From NCBI GenBank assembly GCA_028820695.1, contig JAPPIB010000050.1, positions 217,146 through 281,145 on the forward strand: a DNA stretch of 64,000 nucleotides, written 5' to 3'. Position numbers and translations under genes: made by a program. This DNA is from Acidiferrobacterales bacterium. Lineage in GTDB: Bacteria > Pseudomonadota > Gammaproteobacteria > Arenicellales > JAJDZL01. Of the stretch, positions 21,636 through 31,916 are shown piece by piece; the stretch's first letter is position 1, and each line of letters begins with the position of its first letter. A model generated the notes under the pieces. That model saw nothing but the letters and a program-made list of their open reading frames with translations, made no database searches and was not told where the DNA came from.

Positions 21636-21922
21636 TAGAAACTTGAGTTGATATTTTTTCTGTTATTTTAACACTTTCCAATAGGTTGAAATGTGCAAAA
21701 TCAATGGTTAAACGGTTTTTGACGGTGATTTCGCCAACGATGTCGACCGTCTGTTCGAGTTCCTGCGGTGAAGTGACTGAATTTGGCATTTCTACCCGAA
21801 CTTGGGCTTCGCGAATCCAACAAGCCGTAGGGTTTGCGGTGCTTTCAATCGAGGTGAAACGAAGATGACTTCGAATCACAATGCACCCAAGGGTCCATCG
21901 ACGGTTTGAATAAAGCCGTCTT

Positions 21923-22534
21923 TCACGGCAAAAATTCCGGCTTAAGCAAACGTCCCCAGTCGTCATCGAAAGGATGAACTTTTGATGCCTTGTCCTCGCC
22001 GCGGTAAATTGGACGACTTTCGTTGGCCCACTTGAACAATGACCCTTCCAGGTTGAACACGTTGGAGTAGCCTCGTCGATTGAGAATGGCTGCGATATGC
22101 GATGATCGGTAACCGACCGAGCAATACACCACTACGAGATCATCGGGTTTCTGATTCTCAAGCAATTCAATTGCGTCAGTTGCATTCGGCGCAAGGACTG
22201 CTCCTTGAATATGACTTACTTCGAATTCCTGTGGTTCCCGCGTATCGAGTATTGTGATTCCGGGTTGGTCCGCGAGCAGTTGGGCCAGATCATCGGTTGA
22301 TATGTGCTGCACATTCGGATAGTGGTCGCGAACAAAACGCAAGGTATCGGTCCACAGTTCCTCCCGGACGGGTGAATCTGCGGATACAGTCGGAACAAGA
22401 ATTGCCAGTCCCAGCACGAAGGACCAGATCATGCCAATCAACACACGCTTGTGATTGGCTGCGATGAATCTGAATAACGAAACTGTTGCTGTCATGTTCT
22501 TGCCGGTCAATTGACAATGGCGCAGTGCGGTCAA
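21923..22534 (-). CDS. Exported or membrane-anchored rhodanese-like protein
   Basis: LDTREPQEFEVSHIQGA, VVYCSVGYRS, NLEGSLFKW; N-terminal hydrophobic segment. Confidence 0.85.
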   Translation of the reverse strand: MTALRHCQLTGKNMTATVSLFRFIAANHKRVLIGMIWSFVLGLAILVPTVSADSPVREELWTDTLRFVRDHYPNVQHISTDDLAQLLADQPGITILDTREPQEFEVSHIQGAVLAPNATDAIELLENQKPDDLVVVYCSVGYRSSHIAAILNRRGYSNVFNLEGSLFKWANESRPIYRGEDKASKVHPFDDDWGRLLKPEFLP

Positions 22535-22537
22535 CCG

Positions 22538-23515
22538 TTACCTGTGATATGACTGATACCAGTGAACGAATCTCTCCATCCCGTCTTCCAGGCAGACAGC
22601 GGGCGAATATCCAAGGTTTTCGGTGGTCAGTTTGATGTCAGCATAAGTTGCGAGCATTTCGCCTCGTGGCCCTGCTTCGTATATCTTTTCTGCCTTCATA
22701 CCGAGGTAGTGCTCCAGTAGGGATACCATTTTCTCCAACGGTTCGGTGGTACCCGCCCCCAGATTGTACGCTTGAATTGGCACCGACTGCGAGTCCTGAG
22801 ACGGTGGGTTGTCCAATGCAGCCACGGTTCCTGAAACAATATCGTCGATATACGTGAAATCACGATGCATATTACCGAAATTGAACAGTCGGATTGGTGT
22901 TGAATTCGTAATCGCATTCGAGAACAGATAGTAAGACATATCAGGGCGTCCCCATGGTCCGTATACGGTGAAGTATCGAAGAGCTGACTGCGGCAAGTTG
23001 AAGTTGTCGGCATATACATGACTGATCAGCTCGTCCGCGGCTTTTGTGGCGGCATAGATTGAGACCGGTCGATCCACGCGATTCTCGACTGAGAAGGGCA
23101 GTTTGTCGTGCTGTGAGTAAATACTGCTCGAGCTTGCGAAAACCAGATGCTCGAAGTTTTCGCTGAGGCGACACAATTGAAGAATATTGGCATGCCCGAC
23201 AACGTTGCTATTAATCACTTGCAGGGGGTACTGCTGCGAATAACGAACCCCGGCATTGGCTGCCAGGTGCAATACCTTCGGAAATGGCCCCTGTGTGCGG
23301 AATATGTTCTCAAGTTGCTGCAAATCACCGATGTTAGCCGCTTCGAACCTGAAGTTTCTGAACTTTTTGAGTTGCGACAATCGGGCGTGCTTCAACTGGA
23401 CATCATAGTAATCGTTCACGTTGTCCAGTCCAACAACCTCATCACCACGCTCCAAAAGCGCCAAGGATGTCGAGAAGCCGATGAAGCCCGCAGCTCCGGT
23501 TACAAGAATTCTCAC
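22538..23515 (-). CDS. NAD-dependent epimerase (UDP-glucuronate 4-epimerase-like)
   Basis: TGAAGFIG, HLAANAGVRYS, YAATK, FTVYGPWGRPDM, RDFTYIDD. Confidence 0.92.
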   Translation of the reverse strand: MRILVTGAAGFIGFSTSLALLERGDEVVGLDNVNDYYDVQLKHARLSQLKKFRNFRFEAANIGDLQQLENIFRTQGPFPKVLHLAANAGVRYSQQYPLQVINSNVVGHANILQLCRLSENFEHLVFASSSSIYSQHDKLPFSVENRVDRPVSIYAATKAADELISHVYADNFNLPQSALRYFTVYGPWGRPDMSYYLFSNAITNSTPIRLFNFGNMHRDFTYIDDIVSGTVAALDNPPSQDSQSVPIQAYNLGAGTTEPLEKMVSLLEHYLGMKAEKIYEAGPRGEMLATYADIKLTTENLGYSPAVCLEDGMERFVHWYQSYHR

Positions 23516-23696
23516 TTTTCAGTTTATCGGGTATCCGACAGTACAGAAGATCGCCACACGTGCAGTCGATCTCAAATATATACCGAATAGTACGGGGTGA
23601 CAGGCAGAAAATCGTTTTCCGATATTCGGGATTTGGCAGTCAGAAACCATCAGCCAGGACATATTGAATTGTCTTTTGCACAATACTTGACGGTCT

Positions 23697-25226
23697 TCAT
23701 TGGGACGTGGTTACCTGAAGGTGGAATCCTGCCTGATGCAGGTACTGCTTTTCTCGCTCCAGATCGGCCTTGGTCAGTGGGTGGCGGTTTAACCAGTCAT
23801 CTGGAAATGCCAAGTGGATCCTTTTCTTTTTTGCCAAGCATCGGACTGACAGTCCGCTGCGGTCTGTGCGCGGACGATGGAGGAGTACCGCCAGCCTCAG
23901 GATGATGCACAGTCTTTTCAGCGTCTTGACTTGCAAATGCGTTGCGGTTGCGGAGAACTCCACTGGGAAATTACGACGGTGGCCGCCGACCAATATGGCA
24001 AGTACCGCCTGTTCAGGCTTGGAGAAGCCGGCCATATCTGAAAATTGCAGGAGGTAGGCGCCATGCTGGTGATACTTGGCATGTGCAATTGACAATCCAA
24101 TTTCGTGCAGCGTTGCCGCCCAACTGAGCAGGCTCCTCGCTGCGGTGGTGTTGGCAAACCAGTCGCTCTCCACCTGGTCATACACATTAAGGGCGAGTTT
24201 CCGTACCCGCATTGCATGCGTTTCGTCGATTGACCAATGCGATGCAAGCGACCTTACTGTTCGCTGTCGGGCATCGTCGTTTCGCAATCGTCCGAGAAGG
24301 TCGTACATCACTCCTTCGCGTAGGGCAAGATCCGAGATTTGCATGGACTGGATTCCCAACCATTCAAAAAGTGCGCAGAGTATGGCCAAACCGCCAGGCA
24401 GCACTTCGCAACGAATCGGTTCAAAGCCGAGCTGCACCAGTTCGGAGGTGTGTTTGCAGCGCAGGGTCTCCTGTCGGAGTCTGTGCAGCGAATCGATGTC
24501 GATGGTACCATCGCTCCATTGCAGGTGGCGCAGCGCTCCGCTCACGGCGTTGATGGTTCCGGAGCATCCCAGCACCTTGTCCCATCCATGATCTCGGAAT
24601 TGTCTGTGAATTCCCCTGATTTCAAGCTGGGCGTCCAGTTCAGCCTGAAGCATGGCTTTCTCGCATATCCGATTATCGGGAAACCGGGCAACTGAAAGAC
24701 TCACGCAGCCAATGTAAAGGCTGTCTGCCAGATGGGGGTCGTGGCCGGACCCCACTATGACTTCGGTACTTCCGCCCCCAATGTCAATGACCAGACGGTT
24801 GCTCTTGCTTTCTGACAATCCATAACAGACGGACTCGTAGATCAGCCGAGCTTCCTCTCGACCTGTGATCACGTCGATTGTGTGGCCCAGCGCTCTTTCC
24901 GCCTTTGGCAGGAAATCGGCAATATTGCGTGCTTTCCGAAATGTATTGGTACCAACCGCGCGAACATTGGTTGAGGGAATGTCGATCAGTCTCTGGCCGA
25001 ATTGTCCGAGACAGTCCAGGGCTCGGGTTTGGGCATCGGCAGTCAAGTTTGAGTTGTTATCCAGACCGCCTCCCAGCCGCACGATGTCCTTGATTCGGTC
25101 GACGACGACGAGTCGTTCATTTTCCAATCTCGCTATAACGAGATGGAAGCTGTTTGATCCGAGATCGACAGCAGCGACAGACTCTGGGTCCTTCGCGCTG
25201 GGACTGGAAGTCACCGCATCGCTCAC
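23697..25226 (-). CDS. ppx: Exopolyphosphatase Ppx/GppA
   Basis: AVDLGSNSFHL, GREEARLI, DIGGGSTE, LHEIG HD-like C-domain. Confidence 0.93.
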   Translation of the reverse strand: MSDAVTSSPSAKDPESVAAVDLGSNSFHLVIARLENERLVVVDRIKDIVRLGGGLDNNSNLTADAQTRALDCLGQFGQRLIDIPSTNVRAVGTNTFRKARNIADFLPKAERALGHTIDVITGREEARLIYESVCYGLSESKSNRLVIDIGGGSTEVIVGSGHDPHLADSLYIGCVSLSVARFPDNRICEKAMLQAELDAQLEIRGIHRQFRDHGWDKVLGCSGTINAVSGALRHLQWSDGTIDIDSLHRLRQETLRCKHTSELVQLGFEPIRCEVLPGGLAILCALFEWLGIQSMQISDLALREGVMYDLLGRLRNDDARQRTVRSLASHWSIDETHAMRVRKLALNVYDQVESDWFANTTAARSLLSWAATLHEIGLSIAHAKYHQHGAYLLQFSDMAGFSKPEQAVLAILVGGHRRNFPVEFSATATHLQVKTLKRLCIILRLAVLLHRPRTDRSGLSVRCLAKKKRIHLAFPDDWLNRHPLTKADLEREKQYLHQAGFHLQVTTSQ

Positions 25227-25741
25227 GCGGCGGCCAGTTTACGCAGGGAAGCCGGACTCATGAACCAGCGCAGGGTTCCAAAAGAATTGGCGGGGTTGCC
25301 TTCAAATGAGATCATGCACGCGCCGGCTTTTCCGAACTTCACACTTTGTGTGTGGCTGCGGGTGAACTGTTGCATGAGCCAGCTCATATCAGGTTCGTGT
25401 CCGACCAGTACCATGGTTCCTGTCTCATTGTTGAGCCAGCCCTGGAGTGTATGAAAACTGCACCCTGGAGTCAGAAGATCGGATATCTCAAGTTGAGGGC
25501 GTTTATTCTGTGGGATCGTTGCCAGGAACAGTTCCGCGGTTTGTCTGGCGCGGACATACGGACTGGTTACCACCCGCTGGACATTTTCGTCAAGCAGTTT
25601 GTACAGACCGGCGGCTGACAGTTTCATCTTGCTGATGCCGTCCTGTGTCAGCGGGCGCTGGGAATCCGGTGCGCCGTTGCTGCTCATATGAAATACGTAT
25701 CGATCTTCAGCGATCGCGTGTCTTAGTAGTACTAGCCGCAT
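25223..25741 (-). CDS. sixA: SixA-family histidine phosphatase
   Basis: LLRHA, RPLT..G, SPYVRARQTA, LVGHEP. Confidence 0.88.
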   Translation of the reverse strand: MRLVLLRHAIAEDRYVFHMSSNGAPDSQRPLTQDGISKMKLSAAGLYKLLDENVQRVVTSPYVRARQTAELFLATIPQNKRPQLEISDLLTPGCSFHTLQGWLNNETGTMVLVGHEPDMSWLMQQFTRSHTQSVKFGKAGACMISFEGNPANSFGTLRWFMSPASLRKLAAA

Positions 25742-25959
25742 GACTGATTCGGTAACTTGTTGACGAATTTCGGTGATTGGGATGTTGGGTGCCGACGATT
25801 ATATATCGACGGAATTCACTCGAATCCGGTAGAGCAGGCTGTCAGTTCGTTCGAATATGGGTAAGAATTCGGATGGTATGCTGAAAATCCGGATCTGGTG
25901 GAATGGGCCGGTGCGAAGTTAGTGGTGTCGGTTTGAAGCGGGTGATGCGAGTGGAGGAT

Positions 25960-26099
25960 GAACGGGAATCACTCGGAGTGAAAAAACATATTTAATAACA
26001 AATACTTACATGACAAAGTACAATTTAGGGCCAATAAATTGTACTAATTTTCAGCTTGCACAAGCCTTTTTTTTGGAAATTTCGACTAAATTCCCGTTC
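25960..26099. other. Candidate tyrosine-recombinase site (11-7-11 core with symmetric flanking 10-bp inverted repeats)
   Basis: agtacaattta-gggccaa-taaattgtact at 26017-26045; gaacgggaat 25960-25969 and attcccgttc 26090-26099; IHF-like taacaaatactta 25996-26008. Confidence 0.5.
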
Positions 26100-26717
26100 C
26101 TGGCAAGGCAAAATTCACCCGGAATTGACAATCATCGTGTCCATCCTGTTCAGTCAGAAATTACACTAATCGAATGGTGCCAGCATGTCAAGAAATTCCA
26201 TCAGATTTCATTATAAACAATTGAAAATTGCAGGGGCAGAATTATTGCAGGTCCGGTTATCAGTTTTCGAGCCAAAGGAGCGACCGCTATGCAATAATCA
26301 CGCTTCATGGAGCCAATATGACCGCGTGCCGAGACTCCTCAAAACCGCTTGAAGCCTAGAGCCCGCTTGGTTTTCGAGCTTTCGGCGAGGTTGACGGATT
26401 GGATGACAGAATGCCCGGACAGAGTTCAACACAGTCGACAGCCGATTACGGAATTGAGCATGATTTACTGGCGCTCGCGGAAATTTTGCCTTGGGCAAGC
26501 CATGTCGTTGTGTCGGTCCCGAAAAAGTTCGTCGATCGGCTCGTTTTACCGGTCTTGTCGCAATTTGACACAAAATTACCATTGTGTTGCAAGCGGATGA
26601 CCGCACACCCCCTTCAAACCCGCCTTCTTCGGTCAGAATCCAGCATCGGGACAAGTCGCATCCAGTTTCGCTGCAACAGTACTACGTATGTAATGTATCA
26701 ACCGCGGGAACCGACCA

Positions 26718-27305
26718 TTGCCTTTTGACAGCAAGCTCACACTGGTCGACAGAAAGGGACGCAAATATCTCACCGCCGACGAACGCCAGCGGTTTCTCCA
26801 CGCTGCGCGCCAGGCAGAACATCCCGAGGTGCAGACTCTCGCGTTGATGCTCACTTACACAGGCTGTCGGATTTCCGAGGCGCTTGAACTGCGGATGTGT
26901 GATATCGACCTTAATCGCTCAGTGGTCAATATCCAATCTCTCAAGCGCCGCTCGGAAGTGTGGCGCGAAGTGCCCATACCAAGCGAATTCGCCAGGGAAC
27001 TGGAACTGACCCATCAGTTGCGCAGACACCAGGTCGCGGCTCGTACCCGAATCACCCGGCTATGGAATTTCTCGCGTTCCACTGCCTATCGAAAGATCAC
27101 CGGCCTGATGGCGGCAGCGAATGTCTCCGGCACACAGGCCAGTCCCAAGGGTCTTCGCCACGCCTTCGGCATCGCCGCCGTCGAAGCCGGCGTGCCGTTG
27201 CCGACCATCGCCGCCGTGCTCGGCCATTCCAGTATCACGACAACCGCAATCTACACAACTGCTGTCGGCAAGGAGGCGAGGGAACTGCTGCAGAGAATGT
27301 GGTAG
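26718..27305 (+). CDS. Small catalytic-domain-only tyrosine recombinase (plasmid resolvase-like)
   Basis: RKYLT start, TGCRISEAL, SLKRR, PKGLRH, LGHSSITTTAIY; 195 aa. Confidence 0.9.
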   Translation: MPFDSKLTLVDRKGRKYLTADERQRFLHAARQAEHPEVQTLALMLTYTGCRISEALELRMCDIDLNRSVVNIQSLKRRSEVWREVPIPSEFARELELTHQLRRHQVAARTRITRLWNFSRSTAYRKITGLMAAANVSGTQASPKGLRHAFGIAAVEAGVPLPTIAAVLGHSSITTTAIYTTAVGKEARELLQRMW

Positions 27306-27420
27306 TCCCGGACATGCACACCAGGCCCGGAACTGAGTATCGGGCGAGCGACGCCATCGGCGCCGCCCGCCCGGCACTCACAACCCGGGTTCGGATCAAC
27401 CACTTAGTTGTCGGACTCGC

Positions 27421-28335
27421 TCAGATGTCGGTCACGCTCAAAGTGTCGATCAGTTCCTTGACCCGAGACATCTCGGGATGTATGTACTTCATGGTCGTAC
27501 GCACGTTGGTGTGCCCAAGCAGCATTTGCAACTCCTTGTACTTTCCCTGCGCGGCAAGCTCCGTCGCCATGGTATGGCGAAGACGGTGTGCGGAAATCTG
27601 AATGTCCGTCGCATAACCGACCCGCTTGAAGAAATTGGATACTGTCTGCGGCTCAAGCTTTCCCTCGGTTTTGTAGCGAGGGTTGAACAGGCCGACGTCG
27701 AACACAAATCGATCTTCGAAATCCAGAGCGTCGCCAATCTGCTTGAGCGTAAGCTCCTTCAGATACAGCAGGTCATTGGCAACCGGGCTCGGCAGCGGAA
27801 TCTGCCAGGACCGGTTGGTCTTGCTGTACTTCGCTCTGAGTTCGATGATCCCTTCCTCAAAATCGATATCCTGCCACATAAGACCACAAATCTGGGTACG
27901 TCGCATTCCGGTATAGAAGAGCGTCCGTACCAGCAAAGACCATAGCCAGTGCGGCTTGAACGGACAGTCCTCGCTCTCCAGAAATTGCACAACTTTCCTG
28001 ATTTCGTCCAATGACAAAGTTTTCGGCCTCTCAAAAGGAACTGGGGCATAGTGTATGGTGTAGTCTTTAGGATTCTTGATATATCCTTTTGCTACCGCAT
28101 ATTTCAGAATTATTCCGATATGCCTCAAGTAGCAGTTCCAGGTATTGGGACTGGTACCTCTTGCTTTCAGTTTTTCGCGCCACGCCACGAGACTATCTCC
28201 AGTCACCTGATTGACATCGGAGATTTTCATCTCCTTCTCAAAATGCCTGGCGATAAACTCGTAATTGATTCGACTCTGATCCGACAAGTCTTTTGCTTCG
28301 CCGTATTCACTTGCTATTGTTGATATTTTCTTCAT
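27421..28335 (-). CDS. Tyrosine integrase, pKLC102/PAPI-1 ICE type; start inferred from gagg RBS
   Basis: SAM-like N-domain (NTWNCYLRH), WLWSLLVRTLFYTGMRRTQ, SKTNR, HRLRH, LGH, TMKY. Confidence 0.9.
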   Translation of the reverse strand: MKKISTIASEYGEAKDLSDQSRINYEFIARHFEKEMKISDVNQVTGDSLVAWREKLKARGTSPNTWNCYLRHIGIILKYAVAKGYIKNPKDYTIHYAPVPFERPKTLSLDEIRKVVQFLESEDCPFKPHWLWSLLVRTLFYTGMRRTQICGLMWQDIDFEEGIIELRAKYSKTNRSWQIPLPSPVANDLLYLKELTLKQIGDALDFEDRFVFDVGLFNPRYKTEGKLEPQTVSNFFKRVGYATDIQISAHRLRHTMATELAAQGKYKELQMLLGHTNVRTTMKYIHPEMSRVKELIDTLSVTDI

Positions 28336-29037
28336 GATTGATGAATCCTCTTTCGAAAAGCAAAATATTGTATACATTGTTCGACTCCAGCCGGCCAAGT
28401 CGAAGACAGAGACGATGCCAGCGGTCGAATTGCTCGGATCGACGCACTGTCACACGCCGAATCCACGCCGGCAGGTCATGACACCCGCAATATTCCAGAA
28501 TCTGCCGAGCGACAGCGCCGCACATCTGCCATCCCCGCCATGCCGACACGCACCCGCGTCACCCTTCGCCGGCGATCCGGATCCAAGTGCGACCCAAGCC
28601 GCCTGGCGACATCAGCCACAGCGGACAAATCGATTGCAAGCCAGCGCATTGCGCCCCGTCAAGACCGCATTCGCCCCGAACAGTCACGTGTCTGCCCGGC
28701 AAAGTACTGTCTGAACCGAAGGTGTGAGGCGCCAGCCGCGATCCTCACTTGCCGGACCATCTGCTGCTGTCCTGGTTCAGGCTGCAGCCTAATTATTGGC
28801 TGGCGCAATTGCTGATCCCGCGTTCAGCCTGAGGCAGGGTGTCATGCTTGACGGAAGGCTGACGCGATTGAGCTGACGCGAGCAAAGCCCGAAGTGATGC
28901 CGAATCCATCACGTTGTCTCGGAACCTGTCGGCAGCGAAGTCGGAAAAGGCATGTACCGAACTGATGAGACGATCCGTCGTCATGCAACGAAAAATTCTG
29001 AATGAGGCCGCTGGGGACTGACTCATGGGTGACTTGT

Positions 29038-30588
29038 CTATTTTGTACCGGTCCTGATTTTTTCGAGAGTCTGCAACCCGCTTGAGCTGCCAAGATGAAG
29101 GCTCTGGCTGATATTGCCCAATCCGTGAACCAGCGAACTGACCGCACTTGAACTGACTGAACTCAGAAGCAAAAACCACGCGATTGGCAGGGAGATATAG
29201 GAAAACAGGGTGATCAGTCCCAATACGACATCTTCCGGTGTACCGGTTCCACCGAACTCCAAGGCAGAACCGTCCGGATACATGGTCTCAATCAGCTTCT
29301 CGTCCAAGAACGCGGCAACCGCCCATAGGGCCGAAAGGAACTTCAGTGAAAAAATGATCACTACGGTTCGAACGATAATTGAGGGGTTGGTGATCGCGTA
29401 AGGCACGACCAATGGGATTGAGATATATACCAGCATCAGCATCAGAGCCTGTGCCATCGGCAACCCGATCACCAAAAGCTCCATGAGCACGTGAAATACC
29501 GCCGATGCCACAAGTGCACCGAGCACGCCCAGAATCTGCTGCAGCCCGTCGATGCTGAAGATTTCCAGAGAAAACCAGTCAAAGGTCTTGCCATTGTCAG
29601 CACGGTCGACCATCACTCTCGGTGCGCTGTTGATGATGCGACGCAAGAATCGGTCTTCATGGTCGATCACCTTGCGCTGTCCGTACAGGGGGTCCGACTC
29701 GCGGAACTTCTTGCTTATCCTGTCGAGATCACCCTGCAACCACGGTGCCAATGCGTGAAGTTCCGCCGTCAGCTTTGATCGAAGTCCCAGGTCCGGATGT
29801 GACCACCAGGCGTCACAATAGGGCTTTCCGGGCTGAAAGTTGTGGGCGGGGCCGGCAGCAAGCCAGTCCGGCCTGAACGAGCTCGCACTGTAGCCGCTCC
29901 CGCAAATCTGCACATCTGTGCACCTTTTGTAGTATCCGGGGGTGTTCAGAAACAAATGAGATCCCAGCCAATCGACCGCTTCCTGGAGATTTTCAGGTTT
30001 CGGCGGATCAACGCTGTTTTGGTACTTCGCCAGGGATGGATCATAGCAATCGGCGCGAAATTCCCGCATCTCCCGTATCAGGGGTTCGCTCTGGATGCTG
30101 ACCTTGGCGATGCGCATCAGCACGGGGCGCATCAATCCGGGGTCACCCAGCAGCGCTACTGCATCAGCCGCTGCGGTGGTAAGCACTGAAGAAGCCTGGT
30201 ATGCCAGCCACCAGATGAGCGGAACCCGGATTTCTCCCGCATTGTGCGTCGAGCGCATGTATGGCGCGTCGGGGTCACCGGCTGTCACCGTTTTATGTTG
30301 TTGTCGGTCCCTGTATTCGATCTCACTCGGATCGATCGGCACTGCCGGCAGGAAACAGAAAATCATGATGACGGCTGCGACATAAATGTCGTGTTCCATT
30401 CGCCGCAAGGAGACCGGTGCGGCACTCTTGGACTCCTGACTCTTGATCGGCCCCGACCAATTTCTATAGATCGCGATCGCGAACGGCAGGAATATCAGTC
30501 CGCTTGACGCCAGAACGTGTGCGATGCTGTTGCCGATATGCCAGCCGATCAGGGTTGTTGCCAACTCAAAATAGGAATGCACACTCAT
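29038..30588 (-). CDS. ICE conjugal transfer protein TraG N-terminal domain family
   Basis: MSVHSYFELATTLIGW start, RVPLIWW, FRADCY, DWLGSHLFLNTPGYY, CDAWW, C-terminal TM helices. Confidence 0.88.
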   Translation of the reverse strand: MSVHSYFELATTLIGWHIGNSIAHVLASSGLIFLPFAIAIYRNWSGPIKSQESKSAAPVSLRRMEHDIYVAAVIMIFCFLPAVPIDPSEIEYRDRQQHKTVTAGDPDAPYMRSTHNAGEIRVPLIWWLAYQASSVLTTAAADAVALLGDPGLMRPVLMRIAKVSIQSEPLIREMREFRADCYDPSLAKYQNSVDPPKPENLQEAVDWLGSHLFLNTPGYYKRCTDVQICGSGYSASSFRPDWLAAGPAHNFQPGKPYCDAWWSHPDLGLRSKLTAELHALAPWLQGDLDRISKKFRESDPLYGQRKVIDHEDRFLRRIINSAPRVMVDRADNGKTFDWFSLEIFSIDGLQQILGVLGALVASAVFHVLMELLVIGLPMAQALMLMLVYISIPLVVPYAITNPSIIVRTVVIIFSLKFLSALWAVAAFLDEKLIETMYPDGSALEFGGTGTPEDVVLGLITLFSYISLPIAWFLLLSSVSSSAVSSLVHGLGNISQSLHLGSSSGLQTLEKIRTGTK

Positions 30589-30602
30589 GGTCTGGACAGT
30601 GA

Positions 30603-31916
30603 CTATTGCAGCAGCATTTCTCGAATTGCTTCCGCTGACGGCCCGGGCGTCGTGAGAGTTCGATGTGCGCCCAGTACGCTGAGAACCGTATCGGATATCA
30701 GCCGTTTGCTGATATGCATCTCGAATGTCAAACGCTCAATTTCCCGCTCCAGAATGTCAATTTGCTTATGTATGGTCTCTGACACGGTGCCTGAGTTTTG
30801 GATATTGGGCTCCATCAGGCCACTGAGCAGCAGCCTGCGCGCCAAAAAGGCCTTTTCGATGATACGCGCCAATGCGATTTCACTGGCGAGGCGCGTGATG
30901 AGGAATTCCCGATCCGGAAGATCTCTCAGTGCCGTAATCAGTTCCGGTGACAGTGAGATGCGATTGCTCCGCAATTGTTCCAGCTCCGCGTTTGTCGGAG
31001 TTGTTCCCGAGTACACGACTTCAGTCAGCTGGGCATGGACTTGAGTAGTTTCCTCTTCAACTTTCGGTAGCAGGCCGGTACCCGACACCGTGGATGAATT
31101 CTCACCGGACTGCATCCGGTAGTCTCCCAGAACATCGGTAATCCACTGGCTCGCCACTTGTGGCGCCGGCCAAAGCTGCTGAAGATGCGAGTGGCTGGCT
31201 GTTGTGCGGCTTGCGGCCGCTCCCTTGCAGTTTGGATCCTGCTTCAGCAACAGACACCACCCAGCTTCGGAGGTGTCGGTCAGCAGCCAGATGGGATTGG
31301 AACCTCTGCACCCCGATTTTTTCCCAGCGATCCATTCTATGCATCCATCCGCCTTGTCAGCGTGACGTTTCGCCTCGGTGGCGCTTGAGCCGACAGTAGC
31401 CTGTTTCTGCCAAGCCTGCACTCTGGAGATTCTCATGAGATCCTGAAACGGGTCGGTTCCATCTGCAAGTTCCTTCATGGTGTCTTCGCAGGACTTGACG
31501 GAAATATCCCACTTTTTCTCAGCGCGCACCACATAGTGCTGAAGAAGCTGGCACATGCCCGGCTTGGCACGGCATAGGATATATCCTGGCAGAGCGCTTG
31601 TCACAGTCTGTGGAATCGCACTCAGTGATGTCAAGGTGTCGTTCAGCTGGTTCGACAGCATGTCCTGAATGTCGAAGGAAGGACTGAAGCTGCCGCAAAC
31701 TCCACTGGTCAGGTTCGTCTTGGTACGCTGCCAGTTGAGACTGGAGTCAACCGAAGCCGCTGAACTTGTCGCTTTAGTCCCGCCCAGTGAGTAATACAGC
31801 GGATAGTTGGTGATTGACTCCTCCGCTGACGCAAACTCAAAACCGGTCGCGAGCACGCTGAGCGATATCGCTCCGATCAGTTGCCTGATGCGGCAGGCTT
31901 GTCCGTTGAGTCTCAA
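30603..31916 (-). CDS. Integrating conjugative element protein, TIGR03755-like
   Basis: YYSLGG, VCGSF, ALPGYILCRAKPG, VKSCE, WITDVLGD, RLASEIAL..KAFLARRLLLSG..EPN. Confidence 0.85.
   Translation of the reverse strand: MRLNGQACRIRQLIGAISLSVLATGFEFASAEESITNYPLYYSLGGTKATSSAASVDSSLNWQRTKTNLTSGVCGSFSPSFDIQDMLSNQLNDTLTSLSAIPQTVTSALPGYILCRAKPGMCQLLQHYVVRAEKKWDISVKSCEDTMKELADGTDPFQDLMRISRVQAWQKQATVGSSATEAKRHADKADGCIEWIAGKKSGCRGSNPIWLLTDTSEAGWCLLLKQDPNCKGAAASRTTASHSHLQQLWPAPQVASQWITDVLGDYRMQSGENSSTVSGTGLLPKVEEETTQVHAQLTEVVYSGTTPTNAELEQLRSNRISLSPELITALRDLPDREFLITRLASEIALARIIEKAFLARRLLLSGLMEPNIQNSGTVSETIHKQIDILEREIERLTFEMHISKRLISDTVLSVLGAHRTLTTPGPSAEAIREMLLQ

Noticed and set aside
25951..25970. gtggaggatgaacgggaatc resembles the reverse complement of a tRNA-Ala 3' end (possible att remnant)
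   Set aside because: Needs two indels in 20 nt, the T-loop is not intact and no cloverleaf forms.
26017..26045. Chromosomal dif site
   Set aside because: The arms do not match XerC/XerD consensus and the spacer is 7 rather than 6 bp; kept only as a generic recombination-site candidate.
26960..27601. 213-aa ORF spanning both recombinases, and the many other overlapping antisense ORFs in the track
   Set aside because: Shadow frames of well-supported genes with no recognisable motifs.
28730..28760. PASED peptide on the minus strand recalling the MobH LPASE motif
   Set aside because: The following His cluster and HD motif are absent; too short to call a relaxase remnant.
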